A DNA stretch of 64,000 nt from the NCBI GenBank assembly GCA_965243135.1, contig OZ251539.1, forward strand, positions 4,224,001-4,288,000. Reading direction: 5' to 3'. Within the stretch, counting starts at the first letter, position 1. Every line of letters starts with the position of its first letter. Of this stretch, positions 54,084 to 64,000 are shown one piece after another. Under the pieces are notes generated by a model. It was not told where the DNA came from, did no database searches, and was given only the letters and a program-made list of their open reading frames with translations. Origin of the DNA: Alphaproteobacteria bacterium. GTDB lineage: Bacteria; Pseudomonadota; Alphaproteobacteria; MPNO01; UBA830. The translations under genes and the position numbers were made by a program.

Positions 54084-54677
54084 ATGGCGGAAAAGAGCGC
54101 GGACGATCCGATCGGGAAGTTCCGATCCTGGCTCGAAGAAGCGGGCCGGTCCGAACTTGGCGACGCCACGGCGATGACCCTCGCCACCGCGGACGAGACG
54201 GGACGTCCGTCGGCGCGCATGGTGCTGCTCAAGGAAGCGGACGTCGACGGCTTCGTATTCTACACCAACGCCGAAAGCCGAAAGGCGCGGGAACTCGACG
54301 CGAATCCCCGCGCGTCGCTCGTGTTCCACTGGAAATCGCTGCGGCGGCAGATCCTGATCGACGGCCGGGTGCGCAAGGTGCCGAACGCGGAAGCGGACGC
54401 CTATTTCGCCACGCGGCCGCGCGGCAGCCAGATCGGCGCCTGGGCGTCCGATCAGTCCCGCCCTCTCGAAGGCCGCTTCGAACTCGAAAAACGGGTGGCG
54501 AAATTCGCCGCGAGGTTCGGCGTCGGCGACGTGCCGCGGCCGCCGTATTGGACAGGTTACCGGCTTGCGCCCGACCGCATCGAATTCTGGCGCGACAAGC
54601 CGTTCCGGCTTCACGAAAGAATCGTCTACACCCGCGCCGGCGCCGGCGGATGGGAAATCGGACGCCTGTACCCGTGA
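54084..54677 (+). CDS. pdxH: Pyridoxamine 5'-phosphate oxidase
   Basis: [31 protein letters not shown]...RLHER. Confidence 0.96.
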   Translation: MAEKSADDPIGKFRSWLEEAGRSELGDATAMTLATADETGRPSARMVLLKEADVDGFVFYTNAESRKARELDANPRASLVFHWKSLRRQILIDGRVRKVPNAEADAYFATRPRGSQIGAWASDQSRPLEGRFELEKRVAKFAARFGVGDVPRPPYWTGYRLAPDRIEFWRDKPFRLHERIVYTRAGAGGWEIGRLYP

Positions 54678-54760
54678 GCCGCCGCGCTTGAAGCGCCGTC
54701 GTAAAGGCTCCATGATTCCGGCCCGCGGAATCGTCGCGCGGCATGACCGGGAGACAGGAA

Positions 54761-55627
54761 ATGAGCTTCAAGACGATACTTGTCCCGCTGAGCGCGCCCG
54801 AGTCCAGCCGGCCGGTGCTTCAGACCGCGCTGCTGGTCGCCCGCCGCTCGAACGCGCATATCGAAGCGATGCACGTCCGGCCCGACCCTCGCGGCCTCGT
54901 GCCCTACACCGGAGAAGGCATGGACGGTTCCATGATCGAGGAGATCATGGACGTGACCGAACGCGAAGGCGCGCAGCGAGCCGCCCAGACTCGCGAGGCG
55001 TTCGACGATTTCTGCCGCGAGCATTCCCTCGTCGTTTCGGGCGAGCCGACGCCGGATGCCGGCGTCACGATTTCGTGGCGCGCGGAAACCGGCCGCGAGG
55101 ACGAAGCGGTCGGCTTGCGCGGGCGGCTCCACGACTTGATCGTCGTCGGACGGCCGGTCGCCGATTCTCCCGTGCCGTCGCCGATCACGCTCGAGGCGGC
55201 CCTGCACGACACGGGCCGTCCGATTCTCGTCGCGCCTCCCGACGCGCCGGAAAGACTCGGCGAACGCATCGCCATCGCCTGGGAAGCGAGCCCGGAGGCG
55301 GCGCGCACCATAGCGGTCTCGATACAGGCTCTCGCGCAAGCCGAGGCGGTGACGGTTCTGTCGGCGAATATTTCGCCGCCGCTGCCGCTCCGGGCCGACG
55401 AGCTGGTGGACCGGCTGAAATGGCACGGCGTGGACGCAAGAGTGCACGTTTTCGATGCGGCGCTGACCGATCTCGGACGCGCTTTTCTTGCCCAGACCGC
55501 GGCGGTCGGAGCCGACATGCTGGTGAAGGGGGCTTATTCGCAGAGCCGTCTGCGGCAGATGGTGCTGGGGGGCCGCACCCGGCACATCCTGAACCACGCG
55601 ACGATTCCGGTCTTGCTCGCGAAATAG
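54761..55627 (+). CDS. Tandem universal stress protein
   Basis: FKTILVP, DLIVVGR, GRPIL, KGAYSQSRLRQMVLGGRTRHIL. Confidence 0.9.
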   Translation: MSFKTILVPLSAPESSRPVLQTALLVARRSNAHIEAMHVRPDPRGLVPYTGEGMDGSMIEEIMDVTEREGAQRAAQTREAFDDFCREHSLVVSGEPTPDAGVTISWRAETGREDEAVGLRGRLHDLIVVGRPVADSPVPSPITLEAALHDTGRPILVAPPDAPERLGERIAIAWEASPEAARTIAVSIQALAQAEAVTVLSANISPPLPLRADELVDRLKWHGVDARVHVFDAALTDLGRAFLAQTAAVGADMLVKGAYSQSRLRQMVLGGRTRHILNHATIPVLLAK

Positions 55628-55684
55628 GCTGGAGAACGCCCGGCCGGAACGGCGGGAGGGCGCTTCCCCGAGGCGTACCGCCCG

Positions 55685-56896
55685 TCAGGCCGCCGCCCTG
55701 ATGGAAAGGCGCCGCCAGATGTCCTGCAAGGCCTCCACGAGACGCGCGATATCGTCGTCGCCGTGCAGCGGCGTCGGCGTCAGGCGCAGCCGCTCGGTCC
55801 CGCGCGGCACCGTCGGGTAGTTGATCGGCTGGACGTAAATGCGGTGCCGCTCCATCAGCTCGTCCGTAACCCGCTTGCAGACGACCGGATCGCCGACGGG
55901 CACCGGAACGATATGCGACTCGGACGGCATGACCGGCAGGCCGGCCTCGCGCAGTTTGCGCTTCAACGTCGCGGCCCGTTCCCGGTGACGGTCCCGCAGG
56001 CCGTCGTCCGTCTTGAGATGGCGGATGGCCGCCAGCGCGCCGGCGGCCACGGCCGGCGGCAGCGCCGTCGTGAAGATGAAGCCCGGCGCGCTGGATCGCA
56101 CGAAGTCGATCAGAGAAGCCGATCCCGCGATATAGCCGCCGATCACGCCGAACGCCTTGGCGAGAGTTCCCTGAATCACCGTCACGCGATCCGCGACGCC
56201 GTCGCGCGCCGCGACGCCCGCTCCCCGCGGCCCGTACATTCCGACCGCATGCACCTCGTCGAGATAGGTCATCGCGCCATGCTCGTCCGCGAGGTCGCAG
56301 ATCGCCGCGATCGGAGCCATGTCGCCGTCCATCGAATAGATCGATTCGAACGCGACCACCTTGGGACGGTCCGGGCCGACCGACGCCAGCTTGCGCTCCA
56401 GATCGTCAAGGTCGTTATGGGCGAAGATCACCTTTTGCGTCATGCTGTTGCGAATGCCGGCGATCATCGACGCATGGTTGTCGGCGTCGGAGATGAGAAC
56501 GCAGCCGGGCAGCTGCGAGCCGAGCGTCGACAAAACGGCCTCGTTCGCCACGTAGCCGGACGTGAAGAGCAGGGCCGCCTGCGTGCCGTGAAGATCGGCG
56601 AGCTCCGCTTCCAGCAAGACGTGATAGTGCGACGTGCCGGAAATGTTGCGCGTTCCTCCGGCACCGGCGCCGACCTTGTCGATCGCGTCCTTCATCGCCG
56701 CCCTGACGGCCGCATGCTGCCCCATGCCGAGATAGTCGTTGGAGCACCATACCGTGACGTCGCCGCCGCCGGTTTCCGAACGGTTGACCGCGCGCGGATA
56801 GGCGCCGACCGTTCGCTCGAGGTCGGCGAAAATCCGGTACCGGCCTTCCGACTTGAGACCGGCGATGCGCTCGGAGAAAAAACGTTCGTAGTCCAT
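55685..56896 (-). CDS. hemA: 5-aminolevulinate synthase (Shemin pathway)
   Basis: [45 protein letters not shown]. Confidence 0.96.
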   Translation of the reverse strand: MDYERFFSERIAGLKSEGRYRIFADLERTVGAYPRAVNRSETGGGDVTVWCSNDYLGMGQHAAVRAAMKDAIDKVGAGAGGTRNISGTSHYHVLLEAELADLHGTQAALLFTSGYVANEAVLSTLGSQLPGCVLISDADNHASMIAGIRNSMTQKVIFAHNDLDDLERKLASVGPDRPKVVAFESIYSMDGDMAPIAAICDLADEHGAMTYLDEVHAVGMYGPRGAGVAARDGVADRVTVIQGTLAKAFGVIGGYIAGSASLIDFVRSSAPGFIFTTALPPAVAAGALAAIRHLKTDDGLRDRHRERAATLKRKLREAGLPVMPSESHIVPVPVGDPVVCKRVTDELMERHRIYVQPINYPTVPRGTERLRLTPTPLHGDDDIARLVEALQDIWRRLSIRAAA

Positions 56897-57001
56897 TCCG
56901 CAGAATCCCGTGGTCGACGCGCCACGAGTCGGCCAAGCGCAAGAATAATGCAACTTCGCCGGATTTGAAACAGGCTCGTTCGGCGGCAGGGGCCGCCGGG
57001 T

Positions 57002-58018
57002 TCAGCCTCCGGTGACGCTCATGTGCCGGGAGACCGAAGGGGACGTCCGGCGCCGGTCGATCACGAAGTCGTGCCCTTTCGGCTTGCGCCCGACGGCTTC
57101 GTCGATCGCCCTGTCCAGGTCGCCCGGCCCGCCGGTCCGCAGAACCGTCCTCAGATCGGCGGCGTCCTCCTGGCCGAGGCACATGTACAGCGTCCCGGTG
57201 CAGGTCAGCCGCACGCGATTGCACGCTTCGCAGAAGTTGTGGGTGAGGGGCGTGATGAAGCCGACCCGGCCGCCGGTTTCCGCAATCCGGAAATAGCGCG
57301 CCGGACCGCCGGTCGAATAACCTGTTTCCTCCAGCGTCCACCGCTTCTTCAGTTCGGCGCGCACCATGGAGACCGGCCAGTACTGGTCGAGCCGCGCCTC
57401 GCCGCCGATCTCGCCGAGCGGCATCACCTCGATGAACGTGAGGTCGAACCCCCGCTCGCCGCACCACGCGACGAGATCGTGCGCCTCGTCGTCGTTGACG
57501 CCCCTGAGCGCCACCGCGTTGATCTTGACGCCAAGCCCCGCCGCCGCCGCCGCGTCCATCCCGCGGAGAACGCGGTCCAGCCTCCCCCACCGCGTGATGC
57601 GCGCGAACTTGCCGGCGTCCAGCGTGTCCAGCGAAACGTTGACCCGGCGCACGCCGGCGTCGAACAACTCCCCGGCGTAGCGGTCGAGCTGGCTGCCGTT
57701 GGTCGTCAACGTCAGTTCGTCCAGAGAGCCGTCGCCGAGATGGCGGCCCAGGCGCCGGAACAGCCGCATGATGTCGCGGCGCACCAGCGGCTCGCCGCCG
57801 GTCAGGCGGAGCTTGCGCACGCCGCGCGCGACGAAGGCGCCGCACAGGCGGTCGAGCTCCTCGAGGCTGAGCACGTCGGCCTTCGGGAGAAACGTCATGT
57901 TCTCCGACATGCAGTACGCGCAACGAAAGTCGCAGCGATCCGTCACCGACACCCGGAGGTAGGTGATGCGCCGGTCGTACGGATCGACGAGAGGTTGCGC
58001 GACAGTTCGTTCTTCCAT
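57002..58018 (-). CDS. moaA: GTP 3',8-cyclase
   Basis: [27 protein letters not shown]...CL, C-terminal GG. Confidence 0.96.
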   Translation of the reverse strand: MEERTVAQPLVDPYDRRITYLRVSVTDRCDFRCAYCMSENMTFLPKADVLSLEELDRLCGAFVARGVRKLRLTGGEPLVRRDIMRLFRRLGRHLGDGSLDELTLTTNGSQLDRYAGELFDAGVRRVNVSLDTLDAGKFARITRWGRLDRVLRGMDAAAAAGLGVKINAVALRGVNDDEAHDLVAWCGERGFDLTFIEVMPLGEIGGEARLDQYWPVSMVRAELKKRWTLEETGYSTGGPARYFRIAETGGRVGFITPLTHNFCEACNRVRLTCTGTLYMCLGQEDAADLRTVLRTGGPGDLDRAIDEAVGRKPKGHDFVIDRRRTSPSVSRHMSVTGG

Positions 58019-58299
58019 CGATTTTTCCGGGCGGCTCCACCTTGACTATAGCGCGCCGCGGAACGTTCGAGAAAGAAGCCCGAAACGACGCGTCGTCGAT
58101 CCCTGAACACGCCGAACGACGCTCCGCGGCGTCGCGACCCGCGCGGAAAGGCTTCGACAAACTGCTTCGCCCCGGGCGCCCGCGCACGATCCCCATGAAG
58201 GAACGCTCCGGCCGGCGCGCGGCGCGTCGACGCCAAGACCGGAGACCGGAAGGTTCTCGGCTTCGCCGTTTCCGGCCGCGTTCCCCTCCCGGAATCCGG

Positions 58300-59178
58300 T
58301 CACAAGCCGCGCACGTAGTCGACAATCAGGCGGTTGAACGCTTCCGGGTGCTCCCGGTAGCTGAAATGCCCCGCCTGATTGAACACATGCATTTCGGTTC
58401 GCGGTTCCCGATGCGCGACGATTTCGTACAGGGCGAGGCCCTGGTCGATCGTCGCCGTCGGATCGTCGAGGCCCCAGACGAGCAGATTGGGACGCTGCGT
58501 GCCGCGCGCGGACAGCAGATCGAAGGTATCGGCTTTCTGGCGCGCGAGTTCCGGCTGAAACAGCTTTTCGTCGAGACCCTGCCCGAGCATCTTCGCGACC
58601 GACTCGCGATACTTGGGCAGCGCCGCGATCCGCGTCAGTTCGTCGAGCCAGTCGTCCGTGACGACCTTCGGGTTGTAGGAGTATTTCTCCATCACCCAGC
58701 GCTGGCTATCGCGGCTGAGATAGGGTTGCGGCGTATCCGCGAAAACGATGTGGTTGCGCCCCTGCCCCGGTCCGAGCGTCGCGGTATCGACCATGACGTT
58801 GGATTTGATGCGCGACGGGTCTTCGAGAGTCATGCGGCAAGTCAGGAAAGCGCCGCGGGAATGGCCGACGACGTGGCAGTCCTGCAGATCCAGAACCTCA
58901 AGGAAACGCAGGGCGTGCGCCACCACGCGCGCCATCGTGTAATCGTCGTCGGTCTCGGGATTGTCCGTCCGGCCCTGGCCGATCTTGTCGACGGCGACGA
59001 CCCGGCATTCCTCCGCGAGACCGTCGAAGTTCAGGTTCCAGTCGGCGGCGCAGTCCGCGCCGTGATGCGATCCGAAATTGCCGCCATGGAACAGCACCAC
59101 GACCTCGCCCGATCCCTTGTCGAAATAACGCGTTCCGATGCCGTCGACATCGACGAACTTCGCCTGTGAAAAATCCAT
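58300..59178 (-). CDS. Alpha/beta hydrolase (MCP C-C hydrolase-like)
   Basis: LFHGG, GHSRGA, WGLDD, AGHFSYREHP. Confidence 0.85.
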   Translation of the reverse strand: MDFSQAKFVDVDGIGTRYFDKGSGEVVVLFHGGNFGSHHGADCAADWNLNFDGLAEECRVVAVDKIGQGRTDNPETDDDYTMARVVAHALRFLEVLDLQDCHVVGHSRGAFLTCRMTLEDPSRIKSNVMVDTATLGPGQGRNHIVFADTPQPYLSRDSQRWVMEKYSYNPKVVTDDWLDELTRIAALPKYRESVAKMLGQGLDEKLFQPELARQKADTFDLLSARGTQRPNLLVWGLDDPTATIDQGLALYEIVAHREPRTEMHVFNQAGHFSYREHPEAFNRLIVDYVRGL

Positions 59179-59208
59179 CTTTCCGCTCCCGTCGCTCGCC
59201 GCCGCCGG

Positions 59209-60084
59209 TCACGGCGACCGGATAAAGCTTTTCAGAACTTCGTTGAACCGTTCGGGGCGTTCGCGGAAGCCGAAGTGGCCCGCCCGGCTCAGGATATGCC
59301 ATCGCGCCCGCCGCTCTTTCCCGGCGAGGATGCGGAAGAGTTGCATCGCCTGGTCCAGAGACACGACCGGATCGCGGTCGCCCCAGATTTGCATCACGGG
59401 TCGCTGGATGCCGCGGGTCTCCAGAATTCGGAACGTTTCCTCCTTCCGCGTTTGAAGACCGGGCAGAAACCTCGTCCATTGGTAGCCGTCCACGGTCATC
59501 TTGCGGACAGCCTCGCGATAATCGGGCCGTTCGGCGACCGCGACAAGCGCGTCGATCCACTCCCCGGTCACGCAGCCGGGATCGCAGGATTGCTTCTCCA
59601 GAACCCAGCGCTGGCTTTCCGCGCTCAGCGCAGGCGCCGGCATGTTCGCGAGCACGAATTCGTCGCGTCCGACGCCGGGCGCGCAGGCGCCGCCATCGAC
59701 GATCGTGCAAGTCTTCGCCAGTTCTGGGCGCTCGACGGTCAGACGGCAGGCCAGATAGCCCCCGCCGGAATGGCCGACCAGGTGCGCACCCGCGATTCCG
59801 AGCGCATGCAGCGCGGCGGCGGCGTGCCGGACGACCGCGTCCATCGTGTAGTCGTCGTTCGCTGGATTGCCGGTATGTCCCTGCCCCAGCCTGTCGACGG
59901 CGAAGACCCGAAACCATCGCGCGAGGCCGTCGAAGTTCAGATCCCAGTCGTCGGCGGAGTTCGCGCTGGCCGTAGAGCCGAAATAGCCGCCGTGGAACAG
60001 CACGACGATCTCGCCCGATCCCTTCTCGAAATAGCGGGTGCGGATGCCGTCGACGTCGACGAATTTTTCGCCCGTCATTCCCAT
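59209..60084 (-). CDS. Alpha/beta hydrolase, tandem paralog of 58300-59178
   Basis: Shared FVDVDGI.TRYF.KGSGE.VVLFHGG and DDYTM; GHSGGG; AGHFGFRERP. Confidence 0.85.
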   Translation of the reverse strand: MGMTGEKFVDVDGIRTRYFEKGSGEIVVLFHGGYFGSTASANSADDWDLNFDGLARWFRVFAVDRLGQGHTGNPANDDYTMDAVVRHAAAALHALGIAGAHLVGHSGGGYLACRLTVERPELAKTCTIVDGGACAPGVGRDEFVLANMPAPALSAESQRWVLEKQSCDPGCVTGEWIDALVAVAERPDYREAVRKMTVDGYQWTRFLPGLQTRKEETFRILETRGIQRPVMQIWGDRDPVVSLDQAMQLFRILAGKERRARWHILSRAGHFGFRERPERFNEVLKSFIRSP

Positions 60085-61046
60085 GCTGCCTTCCTCCTCT
60101 CGTTCGGGTTTCCCGACCATCGGCCAATGCCCGGCGCGCCTTCGCCGGGAATCGAGGACGTTGCGCCGCGTCGCCGGACAGTTCCAGGCCGAGAACGGTC
60201 ATGAATACGCAAGCCCGGGAAAGAGCGCGAGCCATCGCGACACGGCGTTCGCGCCTGTCGGCAAGCGCGCTGCCCCCGGGTCAGGATCTCGGGCGGCCTG
60301 TCGCGGCCAAGGAAGCTTAGGCTCGATCCGAAACCGACGTCAATCGTCCCCGAGATCGGAACAACCGTTGCCGCGACAGCCGGCGAGATCCGCGCGCTGA
60401 AGGCGATGCCGCTCGGAATTTCCCGCCCAACATGGTTTGCGCCGAAAAGAATTTTCCCGAGAAGCAGCCGGGCGGCACGGCACCGCGACCAGATCCTGCT
60501 CGCTGGAGTCGCAGGGGCCGGTGCGAAGACGCCGGCGACGATCAGCGTCAGGACAATCGCCCCGCCGGCCGGAGATTGAGCCACCGGCGGCAGCGCTTTC
60601 CGCGGCCATTGCGGAAACAGCGCTTGCCCCGAGGTGGTTGCCTGCCTGCGCGACAGCGATCTACTGACCTGAATCTGGTACAGGCCCTCCGGCGGACAGC
60701 CCAAGGCCACCAACGCCCCGCGGGTTCGGGAAGCGCGGCGACAAATCCCGTCCCGCTTTCCAGAACGAATTTGTCCGTCATCTTCATGTACGAGAACGAA
60801 CGGCAGGAGCGCCTCTTTTCCCGGCTTGCACATGATTTGAAACATCACCGCGCCGTCCGAAGCCCTGGAATTCCAGATGATCCAAAATATGCTCAGCCAT
60901 CTTGAGGTCTCCTTTCGGTGATTACATAATCTTGCGAAGCAGTTATCCTTGGGTTGAGGCCTCTCCGCGATCGTTTCGGCCAGTGTGTCGACGGGAGCGG
61001 CGATGTCCGGAGAAAGCTGGCCGCCGCGCGAACGAAGGGACAGGAT

Positions 61047-61592
61047 ATGGGAGCAACGCACGTCACGGCACTGATCCGCAATCCGGCAGAGCCGGACAGA
61101 TGCTGGGAAGGGCTTTTCCTGGTCGATACAGGCGCAACGGATTCTCTCGTGCCCAAGCCGCATCTGGAAGCCATCGGGCTCGAACCCAGGGGCCGTCGGG
61201 TTTACGAACTGGCCGACGGCAGCGAGATCGCGATGGACATCACGGTGGGGGAAATCGAGTTCATGGGAGAGACGGTCGGCGGGACGATCCTGTTCGGCGC
61301 GGACGATGCCGAGCCCTTGCTGGGAGTAACGGCGCTGGAATCCGTGGGCATCGACCCGCTCAGCCAGAGATTGAAGCGGCGGCCCGCCGTGCGGCTCAAA
61401 GCAGAAATTCCCGCTAAGGTGGCCGCCCTTTGCGAAAGGCGCGTCGAGATAGCGTCGTTACCGAGGGACCAGCCGCCGCGACGCACCTTCCCCGCTTCGG
61501 CTTGGTGCCGACTTAGCCTTGACCATCCTGTTTCCCCTGAAAAACTTGCTTTAGCACATTCGGTCACGGTGCCAGGTCAGGAGGTGTCGTAG
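61047..61592 (+). CDS. Clan AA aspartic protease (AF_0612-like), C-terminus replaced by IS read-through
   Basis: LVDTGA, LADG, EPLLGVTALES; native tail GLSAAR-stop now at 63059-63079. Confidence 0.85.
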   Translation: MGATHVTALIRNPAEPDRCWEGLFLVDTGATDSLVPKPHLEAIGLEPRGRRVYELADGSEIAMDITVGEIEFMGETVGGTILFGADDAEPLLGVTALESVGIDPLSQRLKRRPAVRLKAEIPAKVAALCERRVEIASLPRDQPPRRTFPASAWCRLSLDHPVSPEKLALAHSVTVPGQEVS

Positions 61593-63050
61593 GGAATTCC
61601 CTCTGCTTTCCGGTATCCAAACGCGATCATTCGGTAGAGTGTTTCCCAGTCCTTCAAGAAGTATTCGAGAAACAATCCCCGCGCCTTTTCCCAGAAGTAA
61701 ATGGGCCGCTTGGCCTTCGTTTGCGCCTGTTGGAACAGTTTGCAACATCGCTGTTGAATCTGGTCAATCAGGAACGCCAGCATCATCAGGAACGCAAAGA
61801 CCGTCGACAGATTCTTGTTACCGTGACCGAAGTTGTGCTCAAAGCAGTAGCCTTGGTTCTTCAGGGTGTTGAAAGTTTCGTTCTCGATCTTCCAGCGCGC
61901 CCGCCCGGTGCGCATCAACTCCATCAGGTTCCCTTCGTCAATTGGCAGATCCGTGACCCAGGAGAAACGTTGTTTCTTGCCGTTTGGGAGCTTCTCCCAG
62001 TATTCGAGAAAGTTCACTTTGAGGTCGAAGTGCGTATCGTTCAGAGGCACTCCGTTAAGATACCGGAATTCGTGCCGTATGTTGTCACCGTCCGTGAACT
62101 CCCGGCGCTCCACGGACGGCGCGTTGTTGACCCACTCGAACAGGAACTTGTGGTCGCCGGGCTTCGCCCCCAGTATGAAACGCATGTCTAACTCCTTGAG
62201 AAGATTGGCATGCGGTCCGTTCGAGGCCAGCCCATCTTCCAACACAACCAGCTTCAGGTGCGGGTGTTCGCGACGCACATCTTTCAGAAGCCGTTTCGCT
62301 GCGTTGCGTTCGCAATCGTTCTTTTTTGCGCCGTCTTCCTTCAGGATCGGTTCCGGTGCAAACGGAAAAACCTCCTTTTGTTCCGGATGCACCAGAACGG
62401 CTCCCAACATCTGGTGGTAGTAGGTAATCGTACCGTCGCGGTGGTGTTTCTCGCAGCAATTTTTACAGTGCACCTTGTCCGACGAGAAGTATCCCGTTCC
62501 ATCGATCGAAAGAGCGTAATGCCCGTTCAGACAAGTGTATTCTTCCAATCCCTTGCCTCGTTGCAAAACCTGGAACATCTTCGTGAAACAACGCCGCAAT
62601 TGCCGCGGACAGACTTCGTCAAGCCGTTCGCGCATCGCAGTGTCCGACGGCACGCGCTTGACGCCGTATAAGGTCGCGAGGTTGTGCCGAACCACTTCGT
62701 CGGCGTGCGCGGCCTCGTCGAATTGCAGAAGCGACGCATACTTCATACCGAACACCGCTAGACCCGACATCAGACAGTCCGTCTGGTTCAGCCCCCTGCT
62801 CGCGATCGGATCTTCGATACGGTCGAAACAAGCTCGCACTTCCTTCAGCAATCCCGGAGCGCTGAGCGTCTTGCGCATGCCTGGCATTCTGGCCATTTTG
62901 GTTACAATCCCGCCTCGCCTTCGGACCACTTTCCAGAGAAAAATGCTCCGCTCGAAGGCAAATAGCCCCGAATCACCTCGAAAAGTCCACGAAAGACTTT
63001 TTTCCGGCCCCATATTTTTCAAGGGTTTCGAGCCTTAGCGGGAATTGCTG
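61402..63050 (-). mobile_element. ISNCY-like insertion sequence (1649 bp), 18-bp IRs, 9-bp TSD
   Basis: CAGAAATTCCCGCTAAGG (61402-61419) versus reverse complement CAGCAATTCCCGCTAAGG (63033-63050); GGCTCAAAG at 61393-61401 and 63051-63059. Confidence 0.92.
61577..62896 (-). CDS. DDE transposase, apparently intact
   Basis: SIDGTG, LEDGL, GRARWKIENETFNTLKNQGY.FEHNFGHG; lower GC than host genes. Confidence 0.92.
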   Translation of the reverse strand: MARMPGMRKTLSAPGLLKEVRACFDRIEDPIASRGLNQTDCLMSGLAVFGMKYASLLQFDEAAHADEVVRHNLATLYGVKRVPSDTAMRERLDEVCPRQLRRCFTKMFQVLQRGKGLEEYTCLNGHYALSIDGTGYFSSDKVHCKNCCEKHHRDGTITYYHQMLGAVLVHPEQKEVFPFAPEPILKEDGAKKNDCERNAAKRLLKDVRREHPHLKLVVLEDGLASNGPHANLLKELDMRFILGAKPGDHKFLFEWVNNAPSVERREFTDGDNIRHEFRYLNGVPLNDTHFDLKVNFLEYWEKLPNGKKQRFSWVTDLPIDEGNLMELMRTGRARWKIENETFNTLKNQGYCFEHNFGHGNKNLSTVFAFLMMLAFLIDQIQQRCCKLFQQAQTKAKRPIYFWEKARGLFLEYFLKDWETLYRMIAFGYRKAEGIPYDTS

Positions 63051-63764
63051 GGCTCAAAGGGCTTTCGGCAGCGCGATGAGCAAGCCGCGAAGGAAAGAAC
63101 GCGGCGACGCCCTTCGAGGGGGACCGTGCCGTCGCGCAGGCGAACGCCGCGCCGGTGGACCGGATGAAGCGCGTCGTCGCGCAGAAGGCGAGGATCCCTC
63201 AGCGCCCGCACCATTGCCGACGATCTCAAGACTCTCGGGCCGAAGCGTGGTGCGCCGCCGTTAACGGGCGGCGAGCGCGGCACGGCAGCGACGCGCACGC
63301 TCCGGCACCTTTCAACGCCGCCGCATAGAGCGTTGCGAGCTCCGCGGCGACACTCTCGTCGAGCTGTCGCGACTCGACGATTGGCATTTTTTCGCCAAGA
63401 ACGGAAACCGAATCGAGACATTCTGCTTGGCGAGAGGATGCCGGTCTTCGGCCGGAAACAAATGCGTCACTGACTGCGCGAGGAATAAGCGTTGCGCGTC
63501 TCGGAAGGACCGGCGGCGCCGGCTTGCTTCATCGCGCCGGACGGGATGCCGGAATGGGGCGCGTCGAGACTTGGAAGCGCCGGGATTCACAGCCGTATCC
63601 TGTCCAGAGACCACGACTGGTCCAATGAACGGCGAACTCCACGGCTCGTGGCTTTCATCCACAAAGTGACCGTACTTGCTGGCCGAGGAGTTTTGCTCGA
63701 TCATGGCACGGGAGAGGCACGCTCGATCAGGTGACCCCACAAGGTCGACGGCACCTGTGCAATT

Positions 63765-64000
63765 TTAGAACCCCGTTACCTTTGCCTCATGCGTCTTGAA
63801 GGTTTCTGTCGCGATATCTTGCACGACACAGTCTTCACGGTAGGCCGGATCTGGCTCAAGGTCGTCGAAGGAAGGTTTTTCGACTGAGCGCGCCTCAAAA
63901 AACCGTCGCTGGACGAGCGAACGCTTACCGTTGCTGTCCGAACCTGTCACACCAATAGTCGTCGTTGCGAAATCGATCAATATCTTGAGACTTGCTCTCG
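63765..64000 (-). CDS. 3' end of an unidentified lower-GC ORF entering from beyond the window
   Basis: Frame open from the window edge to TAA at 63765; no motif recognised. Confidence 0.3.
   Translation of the reverse strand, partial: RASLKILIDFATTTIGVTGSDSNGKRSLVQRRFFEARSVEKPSFDDLEPDPAYREDCVVQDIATETFKTHEAKVTGF

Noticed and set aside
58019-58299. Moco riboswitch upstream of moaA
   Set aside because: No recognisable Moco RNA motif elements by eye; an Rfam search would settle it.
60120-61040. ORFs between the hydrolase pair and the aspartic protease
   Set aside because: No motif, conflicting overlapping frames; probably decayed DNA, cannot be assigned.

Overview
GC-rich alphaproteobacterial chromosome segment with a Rhodospirillales-like gene order. 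It is mostly housekeeping genes: priA(5' end)/tal/DUF484/xerC, mdh-sucCD-sucAB, rsmE-gshA, tldD, galE, uppP, gltDB, arfB, HDAC-xseB-ispA-dxs-tlyA, fabI-aroC, pdxH, usp, hemA and moaA. It also carries a soeABC sulfite dehydrogenase divergent from a persulfide dioxygenase, and several catabolic genes (LLM monooxygenase, Tat-type flavin amine oxidase, three alpha/beta hydrolases). Small accessory islets are wedged between the core genes. (i) An orphan MbcA/ParS-type antitoxin and a frameshifted ISKra4-like element (terminal IRs, 8-bp TSD) occupy the place where lpdA usually sits. (ii) higBA splits sucD from sucA. (iii) A Fic + ParB/Srx-domain gene pair, a candidate undescribed defence or TA module. 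(iv) A ~4.2-kb decayed island between two 3'-half tRNA-fMet (att-like) copies, holding two collapsed island scars (defence-gene tail joined to integrase tail; DUF499-like and BREX-methylase-like), a hicB pseudogene and an intact AbiEi/AbiEii pair. (v) An intact ISNCY-like element (18-bp IRs, 9-bp TSD) inserted in the last codons of a clan AA aspartic protease gene. No intact tRNA, rRNA or CRISPR array was seen. Family assignments come from motif recognition by eye; no database search was run.
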